Below, piece by piece: positions 54,663 to 64,000 of a stretch of DNA of 64,000 nucleotides. A program made the position numbers and the translations under genes. The notes below the pieces were generated by a model. It saw only the letters and a list, made by a program, of their open reading frames with translations, did no database searches and had not been told where the DNA came from. The stretch lies in NCBI RefSeq assembly GCF_964204645.1, contig NC_134032.1, forward strand, positions 1,422,416 to 1,486,415. The letters are read 5' to 3'. How positions within the stretch are numbered: position 1 is the first letter of the stretch; the number at the start of each line of letters is the position of its first letter. The DNA comes from Tubulanus polymorphus (taxonomy: Eukaryota; Animalia; Nemertea).

Positions 54663-54797
54663 CAACTACCTACAATTCCACCCTTCAACTACACCTACAA
54701 TTCCACCCTTCAACTACACCTACAATTCCACCCTTCAACTACACCTACAATTCCACCCTTCAACTACACCTACAATTCCACCCTTCAACTACACCTT
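54663..54797. repeat. 25-bp minisatellite (5 perfect copies)
   Basis: CCTACAATTCCACCCTTCAACTACA. Confidence 0.95.
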
Positions 54798-54929
54798 CAC
54801 TTCAAACCCTCAAAATATAGAAGATCTATCGATGAAAACTATTTTTCCACCTGTAATAATTATTATTATTAATTCCACCTGGTGATCGCGTCGTTTCTTA
54901 GTGATAATCGCTAATTACAATAGGCCGAT

Positions 54930-55241
54930 AAATTACCGGAACCGGAAGTGTATCGTGTTTGACATGTTTGTTGACGTCATCAGTCGCGTCACATTGGCGG
55001 CGGCGTTCAGCTCACTACGCGAATAACACGGGTTTTTCTTAGGTTGTCGATTGTGCGGCATCGATATCTGGCTGGAGATATTGCCGTAGAGTCGGCAGAT
55101 TCAGCGCATCGTGCGGCAGCTCTTTATACGCTGTGTTTATGAATCGGTCTTCGAAAACTGTTTTTACACCGAAGTTTCCGACGCGTGTATTTTGTGGATA
55201 TCGGCATCGAACGATTCTCGCTGTTGTGAAAATCGGTAAGT
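54930..55241 (+). promoter_or_regulatory. Candidate Pol II promoter and non-coding first exon
   Basis: ETS site ACCGGAAGTG (54941), CRE TGACGTCA (54972), Inr-like TCAGTC (54980), CpG-rich stretch, donor CG|GTAAGT at 55236. Confidence 0.45.
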
Positions 55242-56279
55242 TTATTTCAGAATCAAATAATCACGGATTTGAAATCTCGTTGCAGAAAGTTTGACATTAA
55301 AAATCATAGCTTGCGTCTAAAAAACTATAAAACTTGGTTCCCGGTTTTACAAATTTAGTAATATACGTTTCAAATCTTATTGACGTTTTTGATAAAGCAA
55401 TTTGAAAATTCTAGCTGACATTATGTGTCGTTATTTTGCGGAATATTATCATTTTTTTTATTTACTCTCAATTCCTTTCGGAAGTTCGTCGATGGTACCT
55501 ACCTACATTTTCACCGGTATAGAATCTATCGAAAGCGTTGCAAAAGTCTCCGAATAAAGACTAAACCAATCTGAATGTGAACGGTTTATCCTGACGGTGT
55601 TTGTAGTTTTCGTAGCGAGCTCAACGGATTTGAAAACATTCTCAATAAACTTCGGTCGTTTTTCTATGTTGTTAGAGACGGTTTTTTTTTGTACTCCGGG
55701 GGTCTCTTCACCCGGCGATTATTGGATTTCTTTTGTCATCAATATTAGACAAAATATCCGATATTTCCACGATTTATTGTCATACGCATGCGATAAATTC
55801 TTAAAAAGGATGTTGAATTCGACGAATGAACAATAGCTCGATGAACTCAGTCGAATTGATCCGGAATTCCACGTACTATGAATGTACGAAACGTGATTGC
55901 TTTTTCCTATCTTTCCCGTATTGTTTTCCTGTCGCTTCTAAAAAGCTGCACTCGAGCTTTTGATTTCGACACAATTTTCGTTCGTACGTTCGAATTTCGA
56001 ACGTGCGCGCCGAACTGATTATTAATTCTATCATTAATTCTATTCAGTTTGTGAAGTGTCAAACGAATCGATTCAACGTTTATGAATATTTTTAAAAACT
56101 ATAGATTTTCAGTACAAAACACTTTCTACTGGATGCTTTCGAATGGAAATTGGGTGAACATTTCTGTGAAGATCTCACCTGCTGTAATACAATGGAAACC
56201 GTTTTGCTCCGACAATCGACGGCTTCGAATCGTTTCACGATTAAAAGGCAATAAAAAAGAAACATTGTCAACCCCCAGA

Positions 56280-56398
56280 GATCACTCCTGGTTGATGATC
56301 GCTCGTGACTGGTGATCGCTCGTGACTGGTGATCGCTCCTGGCTGGTGATCACTCGTGACTGGTGATCGCTCGTGACTGGTGATCACTCGTGACTGGT
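56280..56398. repeat. 17-bp minisatellite (about 7 copies)
   Basis: GATCGCTCGTGACTGGT. Confidence 0.93.
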
Positions 56399-56434
56399 CT
56401 CCATTCTAGCTGTTATGGCTGACTGTAGAACTTA

Positions 56435-56650
56435 ACGATAGACGAGACAAAAAATGTTGTCCGTTTTGTCCAAGAAAATCTGTTGAACGGACTATAGTAT
56501 GGAATGCTCCGACTTTATCAACCGTGGATTGCACTGTTACAAAATCAGAACGCCGCAAATTCTAATTCTCTGCATTACACACGATTGAATACCCAACAAT
56601 TTGTAAACTATTCAATGACAGTCCTGTAGAGCGTAGAATAATCTATTTTA
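56435..56650 (+). pseudogene. Decayed LINE (RTE-X-like) ORF2 C-terminal zinc-knuckle region
   Basis: DRRDKKCCPFCPRKSVE / MECSDFINR / HYTRLNTQQF in the order of the ER.C..C...EDE.H...C....R...YY..PN..KF tail; frameshifted. Confidence 0.4.
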
Positions 56651-57784
56651 AGATTCCATCGAGACAGCAATATTCGATGTATCCCGATACCAGCTCAGTG
56701 GTCGCCACATTGACAAGACAAATTTCCCAACTTCGTCAATAGACAGCGCGAAGGTGTAGGTTCATACTGAGGAGTGGGGGGGGGGGGGGGTGGGGTGTTC
56801 GAGCACTGCTACGGTTAAAAACTAAATGTGATTTTTTACAAAGATTTTTTTTAAGATAATATACAATGATATAATTGTTTATCGCCTATTCATTGGCTTC
56901 ATTTTCCAATGGAAATAATATCGGTATTTCCCAGGGCGACGACGTCAACCCCCCTTTGTTTTAACGCACTCGGCTGAACGTATTGTTCGGAATTTATTTC
57001 ACAATTGCCACGTATATTTCCTGTCGCCATAACTAGCATTGTTGCGTGTCATGCGCGTCTGGTTCTGCGAGGTAAATCTAGCGTGCAGACGCGATTTAGA
57101 GACAGTTTTATATTAATCACTGCAGCAGTAGCGGCAGTCTATTTCGATTTCACGGCGCGGACGATGTTTGAATTTGGAATCAGGGTATAAAACACTGGAA
57201 AAAGTTTTCGATCAATTAGGGAGGAGAGAGAGCGTGAGGGGGAGTAACTCGCGGCATATGGAGAGAGTGGAGAGAGGGTGAAACGCAGAGAAACGCGAAG
57301 GAGCAAGGGAAGAGAGAGTGAGAGAGAGGGCGAGGGAAGAGAGAGTGGAGGAGAGAGGGAGCGATGGAAGAGAGAGATAGAGGGGGGCGAGGGAGCTGCG
57401 AGTAACGAATTTCAAATCTACGAATGTTTATTTTATGTTTAGCCCGCAGAACAAATCAGTTGTAATGAAATCAATTCTTTCAGTCGAAGCCCCCGCGGGC
57501 ACCGACCGAGATGAGGTTTATCGTCTCGCGTCTGAAACGGGACAGATTTTAATAGCTCAGAATTCACTTGTTCGACCACAGCCCCGCAGTGAATAAATAC
57601 CGCGAGCTCCGCGGTGAAAAAGCGCAGAACGGCCACTGGTTGATTAGTCGTTTGATTTATCGCAATAATAAACCACCCGCCGTCACAAACAATGGCCGTC
57701 TTTCGGCTATCTAATCAACTTGCTTAATCAACGGAGATCAACTGTAAGAACGGGGAGATCAGACTCACGTGTCGGTGCTACCCG

Positions 57785-57892
57785 CAGCCACCGAGTAATC
57801 ATTTCCTCTTTAAACAGAGCGCGTCGGCGCGTTAGAAAAAGTAAAAACGTCTTTTTAAACTTTCGTGACTTCAAAAAAGCCTTTGACAGTTG
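57785..57892 (+). pseudogene. Short LINE reverse-transcriptase fragment
   Basis: In-frame RKSKNVFLNFRDFKKAFDS* matches the non-LTR RT motif FVDFKKAFDSV. Confidence 0.45.
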
Positions 57893-60024
57893 ATTTCGAA
57901 TGTAAAATTGATTTGAAAGTTCAGAAACGGTAACTCCTGATTTCCTGTACTTCCTGCCCTCTCTCCCTCTCCCTCCCTCCCCTTCTCTCCCTTTCTCTCT
58001 CTCTCACTCTCCCCCTCTCCCCTCCCTCATGTTAACATATCCAGATCAAAATATCAACATCATCTCAAATGAACTCGACAAAGAATCAAATATTATCATT
58101 AAGTGTCATCAAGTGAATGAATCGATGGTAAACACTATCAACTTATAATCGATAATCAGAATAAACAGAACATCGTCTCATCTCATCTTCTCCAGTTGAG
58201 TTGAGATCGCATTCTAGAGGATTGCACCGCAGCAGCAGCAGCAGCAGCGGCGGCAAGAGATTTTTGACTTTTTCGATCAGTGACACAGAGGGATCAATGA
58301 ATATTGGCAAAACTGTCAAACTAATTATCAATGAGTTTGTGACTGAAGTCTCGCATCCATCCCGGGCTCAATCCTTCTCTACTCGCTAACAGAGATTTTC
58401 ATCGCACGAGAAAATTTTTAAATAAATCTCTTACATTTTTAAGGATTGTTTGTTAGGCTTGATTGAATTCCGATTCGATTCGAATGAACCAAATTCACAA
58501 ATAACTGTGTATCTCAGGTCCCTACTGTATATAGAGGTCGGACCAGGGCCGAATCTACGAGCTATTTTTGCGTATCGCGGAGGGCAATTTAATAAGCGAA
58601 GTGCAATGTTATTACGAGTCAGACATCACGCTCAGGGAAAAAACATGGTCTAAAACATATCTTATCAATTATTCCTACGATCTTCATAAGATATAAAAAG
58701 TGATGATAAAAAATTTCTTGAATTCATTTTTTAGATTGCTGATGTTCATAAATCTATATGAATAATTTATGTAACATTTTATCAGAATTTATGCAAATTT
58801 GCCTAAAATATATTCAATTGCGTTCGCAATCTTTAAATTTATGATATATACATAAATTTCGTTTTTGTCGACTTTACAAAAACGAGTACTTGAAACTTGT
58901 ACAATTTTCGGTTCCAGCCCCGCAAGCTTCCATTCGCTAATCTAGGTTTTAACTGAGTCTCAGATTCATAGCGGCCCGTGATAGAATTACGATGGTTTCG
59001 AGGTTATCTAATCCCGGATTATCTCGGTACAACGGTCGGCGATCTCGAATATACATACATCATAGCCGAGGTCGTCGCCGTTTCGTCTGCCGTAGCTATA
59101 AAACACGGATTTGCGCGTTCACTAGCCGAAACGACCACGAAACCAAATCGAATTGAATCGCGTTACCGAGTTGGCTTAATTGACTTTGGTTAATTAGAAT
59201 CGGCCTTTGGGAGGAAAGACTATCTGCAGGATAAGATTGATGGATTCGGTCGATCGTAAATATTGTGGATTTTTTTTTCGACGCGCATTTAAACGCGCGC
59301 CGTCGATGTTTCTAAGGATGTAGGAAGTTGTTGCGAGCCAGGAAATAGTACCCACGTGACTCGTAGAGAATTTTAATAACGTTCTGACAAGATTACGACT
59401 GAAGCAGTGAGCGCGCTCACTCGCTCGCTTACCGACTGATTATTCTCCGCTTCACCGACACACACGCCGTTTTTATTCCGAAACGAAGAGAAATTATTAT
59501 AGTCGTTTTATAACTGAATCGCATTCTCGGGTTTAGGAAAAAATCTCCCGTAATTGAACGTGTGATTTCAGATAGGTAATCGATAAATATAAACATTCAC
59601 TTCAGTTGATTTCTTTATTTTCCATTTTCTGTTTGTAGTGAAGGAAATTAAAAAAATTAAAAAGTCACAACTTGCAGTATTTCTGATTCAACTAAACCTA
59701 ATTGTTAGTCGTCAGTTAGATAGGTCGTCGTGATCCCAATTTGTTATACAGTCAAGTCACCGCCCTCCTAACGCCACCATTTATCCGAGAACTAACGACT
59801 TAAATAAGTTAAGCTAATTACACTATTTAGATTGTATTTTGGCAAAGAATGAATTCTTTCTGTGTTTTGTCTTCATAATAAATCGATGGACCTTCATTTG
59901 ATTGTTTTCTGAATAGAATCATTAATCGCTTTTTAAACGCTCGTTTTAATATCGATAGTTCATTTAGTAACGCGTGAAGGCTTTATATTATGAATGGCGT
60001 GAAATAAGACGAAATTGCTCTTAA

Positions 60025-60312
60025 CCCTTTCAGTGCTGACTAATCAATACCCTATAGTGCTGAAGATAATTTGAAAATTTTGAAAAATTCCACCCTAGTG
60101 TGTTGAATAACGGGAATAGCACTATAGTGCGTCAACACCGCGGTGCGGTGTATCGTTAGTTACTAGTATTTCACTATGTTTGACAGGTGCTGCCATCTTT
60201 CAAGAGAGATTAAATCTAATTACTAACTACACCAATACACCGCAGTGCAGTGTACTAGTGAAATCCATCACCGATTTATACACCGCACTGCGGTGTAGAC
60301 GCACTGAAAGGG
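60025..60312. mobile_element. Non-autonomous piggyBac element (288 bp)
   Basis: TTAA on both sides; perfect TIR CCCTTTCAGTGC/GCACTGAAAGGG; asymmetric 27-bp internal inverted repeat (about 60127 and 60278). Confidence 0.93.
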
Positions 60313-61129
60313 TTAATGAAGTCTTACGACTTGGTTTCATTTGAATTTATTAGAGATATAGGTTAGTTATGTAAAATTATGCTTGTAAATCAAAATCCTG
60401 GTGGAGGAATAAGTGCCGTCTTCTATCGGGGGCGTTATTTAGGTATTATTATAACCCGGTAAATTAGACGAAAATCGTCTCCTACTGAAAGATGAGAACA
60501 TTTTCGACGATTTGAATTTACGAGGTGAAAATCTATAAATCTTTCGTAAAGAGAATGAACAATTTCATGTAGTAAAGAGCTCCGAGCCGAAATGGCATCA
60601 TTTTGATGTATGCTATTGGTTTTATACGCAGTTTCTATAATCGTTTACGTCGAAAATTGATATCGATCGACTTTTAGTTTATTACGGACATCGATTGAAG
60701 CGAGCAGTGAATTCATCCATGCGTCTGTCGTTGAATCCGATGATCATTTCTACACAAAAAATCTCTTTATTATGAAATGTGATAAGGCGGCGGAGACGGC
60801 GAGAGGGAGAGAGAGGGAGAGCCGGAGACGGAGAGGGGATGATGATCGTTCCAATCGAATTGTCGTAAATAGAACATCGCAAAATGACACTATTATATCG
60901 AATGTCGACAATCGAACGATGATTGTCGTTTATCGATGAGCGGTTCACGAGATGAAAAGCGCCGTTTAGGAGCGAATTTAATTCTCTACGATCGTCGCGA
61001 TGATTATTTGGTTGAGGTCTCGACTCTGTCGCCGCAATTCACCGTCAAATCGGTCATGACTTCGTGACACTAGTGGCCTCTAGCGGATCCACGAGTGCCA
61101 CACTTGTCATTTTTATAATCGGACCTCGA

Positions 61130-61185
61130 GTCAATCGAGGATTCTACCAACTGCATGCAAGAGTCCACCACCAGGTGTCGCTAGT
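61130..61185 (+). repeat. Dispersed bipartite element family C, copy
   Basis: CAATCGAGGATTC...CCACCAGGTGTCGCTAGT. Confidence 0.7.
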
Positions 61186-61343
61186 TTACTCGGTTCTCCT
61201 GCGTTCAATTTCACTTACATTTCAGCTAAAATCGGACGAAATTTCAGTCTCATATCAATTAGTTACTATGGAAACTCTCTTTGAGAATTAGAAAAATGAA
61301 GCATATCTGGTGGGGTGTCAATGTATGGATCCGGGACCCTTAA

Positions 61344-61563
61344 GGCTAAACAAAAATGATACCTTGTTTCTCCGCAGCGGCCGGGTCATTTTTGTAAAAT
61401 ATGATAAAATTTATAAACAGTTCATTTCTATAGCGGCCGGGTCTGTAATGGTGAAATTGATCACGATTTTAAAAAAAGTAATGTGTAGGGTAGATAGGCG
61501 GCCGGCCGGGTCAACATTTAAGCTCAGCAGAGCGGAGAAACGAGGTATCAATTTTTTTTGGCC
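61344..61563. mobile_element. TAA-flanked MITE (GG-starting TIR; Zator- or Harbinger-like)
   Basis: TAA|GGCTAAACAAAAATGATACCTTGTTTCTCCGC...GCGGAGAAACGAGGTATCAATTTTTTTTGGCC|TAA; three internal GGCCGGGTC. Confidence 0.85.
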
Positions 61564-62492
61564 TAAAATCTAACTCAATGCCGATTGAAAATGAGCTAAT
61601 TATGAATGCGCAGATCTAGTGTTCGTCACGCCATCTGGTGGGATAGCTGGAGTTCCGGTCCCCATAACTCTGTGTTTGGGAACACCATATAGCTCTAATC
61701 CTTGATTGTCGCAGTACTTGGATTATTGTACAATAGTTAAATCAATAATGATATGGTGAATAGGTCTACGAGTTGCTATAAATAAAGATAAAAACGATCG
61801 GTCCAAACTTGTCCTGTAGGAGATGAAAGCTCTCAGCGTTGTCTAGGTCGGTATCAGCAGGCGTGTATAACACGGTGTAATGGCGGCGATGATATTTTCA
61901 TGTTATGTATTCATGTAATGTAATGCCGTTTCCCGGGAGAGCATCAGGTGAATTTGTATTCGGTTTTCGAAATGGAAGGCGTCAATCGCTATGACAAGCG
62001 TGTGGTGCTGTGTACTGTGAGTATGTGTCGATACTCAACGGGTTTAAGGCATTATTTATCTCTGAACGAGACATAACACGACTCGACGAGAAAATACGGG
62101 TCTTTGCGAGACTTCACGGGACGTACGCGTCCATACGCCAGCACGCGACTACCATTGGGTCTAACATGGAGCCACACGGTGGTCCCACTGTGGACCCGCT
62201 GTGGGACCACGGTGGTCCCTAATCTTTTCCCGTAATACCGTAGGCTAATATTTCAATCATATCGGATCCAGGTATCGATGTAGTCCTACAGCCCTGTGGT
62301 GTATGACGGACCCCTCAGACACTATCGTGTTCGAGAAATTCTATCAGCCAGGCCCTGAAAAAAAATATTGACCCTGCATTCTGCATCTATAGCCAAAACG
62401 CCCATACTTTACCAACATTATTCCTCTGATCGTCACAATGCGTTCAGGACTTCACCCGATACTTTTTTGATTGGGAACCGACATAATAACCA

Positions 62493-62700
62493 GGACCCAG
62501 TTCCACAGTTGTGAGTAAGAGTTAACTCCGAGTTAAAGTTGGTTCATTTTCGATGTTTTAACCCAGGGTCAAATCTTAACTCAGAACTGTGGAACTGGAC
62601 CCTGGACCCAGTTGTGAGTTAACTCCGAGTTAAAGTTGGTTCATTTTCGGTGTTCTAACCCAGGGTCAAATCATAACTCAGAACTGTGGAACTGGACCCA
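62493..62700. mobile_element. Head-to-tail dimer of family F MITE
   Basis: Full copy 62493-62602, second copy with small deletions to 62700; CAG outer flanks, CTG junction. Confidence 0.9.
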
Positions 62701-62830
62701 GTTAAATTAGATATTTAATGAGCAACCTTTCACAAACTGTCTCACACACGTCACGTCACATGGTGACTGGGTGAGGGTTAGAGATGCCTGTTTTAAGATC
62801 TAGTGTAAATAGTTTAAACAGCGCGGACGG

Positions 62831-62879
<49 letters not shown>
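62831..62879. repeat. (TGC)n microsatellite
   Basis: About 16 units. Confidence 0.97.
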
Positions 62880-63725
62880 AGTCGTTGATTTTAATTCGAC
62901 TCACACGGATCGATTCTCTAGATGTCTATAAGAATCGTTGTTTATGATGTTTACCCAGAAATGTTTCGTACATCAATAAAACTATGTGTCGCTTTTATTG
63001 ATTTTCGATGTGTCTTAACGCGGCGCGCGCTGGCGTTCTCCACATCCACGTCTCGGACAGAATATATTGCGACATCGTTCGCTTCACCGCGTCCCGCTCA
63101 CTGCGCATGCGCGCGCCTTTTCCGATGCCAGTCACGTGGTCTCGTCGACCCGAGTGCGGATCGACGGCGATGTAAAGTTTAATAGTTACGTCCTGGGAGA
63201 GCTGGCCGCTCATTGGTTTGAATCCACTGTGACCCGCGCGACAGTAGCTCCGGTTTAGGAAACCCGATGTTGAATATTTTATCCCTCGAATGACGAAAGT
63301 CGAATATCGACGTCTGTTCTGCGCAGTAATACTCGCTTACCGCAGTTAGGCGGCTTCAATCTTAAACCAGATAATCAGTTTGGTCAAAATGACTTCTATG
63401 AGTGTTGTTGACTGCTTTTATCCGCTGTCGCACGATTGTTTAGCATTTTCAGCCTCGAGTCTATTTTGCACTAGTCTATCCTCGATTGCTGAGTTAGTAG
63501 GAGTGAGTAGAGGCATAAACTCGTACATGCTGATCATCTTCAGCCGACCGGCTTTACACTATCGGGTGGATCATCGATTCCTCGGTGGAAAAAAACATAT
63601 CGGACTTTCCTCATCTGTCGTTTAGAATATAGCTGACTGATCACTTCACAATTATCAAAGCCTCGATGATTGAATAATCTACAACACTGCCATTTTGTTC
63701 ATATCCTATAGCAAGTCAACTTCAC

Positions 63726-63780
63726 ACTAGCACACCTGGTGGATCCTCGATTACCAGTGCTAGAATCCTCAACTTTCACA
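63726..63780 (-). repeat. Dispersed bipartite element family C, copy
   Basis: Minus strand GAGGATTCTAGCACTGGTAATCGAGGATCCACCAGGTGTGCTAGT. Confidence 0.7.
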
Positions 63781-64000
63781 TCACTCTGACAATGATCTTC
63801 GCCATTGTACACTTAAGCTGCTGCGGGATGCCAGCATAGCGCTCTATTAAACCACTTGAGCTTACAGGGATGCCTAACCTTCACTCTTTACACTGCTTAT
63901 AGTCTGACTCTACATATGATAAACCCTATATCTCATTTTGTGTGGTTGAAATAGCCGCCATTTTGTTTTTGAACAGTTGTTCCATGGGCGTATCGGTTCG

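Overview
Repeat-rich, apparently non-coding animal DNA (intron or intergenic), not prokaryotic. CpG is not depleted, and tRNA-derived SINEs, piggyBac/Harbinger/hAT-like MITEs and CTCF-like motifs point to a bilaterian invertebrate; the species cannot be determined. I recognise no intact protein-coding gene: the long ORFs are translations of micro/minisatellites. Contents: (i) many CT/GA microsatellites; (ii) at least 12 minisatellite/satellite arrays, the largest about 35 x 71 bp at 9.9-12.4 kb; (iii) several MITE families, including a clean TTAA-flanked piggyBac MITE; (iv) tRNA-derived SINEs; (v) decayed LINE and Penelope-like (PLE) fragments; (vi) a candidate promoter/first exon near 55 kb. 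Most notable: many tandem arrays are visibly built from pieces of dispersed elements present in the same window (a MITE terminus, a tRNA-like head, a bipartite CTCF-like element), and a PLE remnant at 36.9-37.4 kb has inverted termini carrying a minimal hammerhead-ribozyme motif. All analysis was by eye; boundaries of degenerate elements are approximate.
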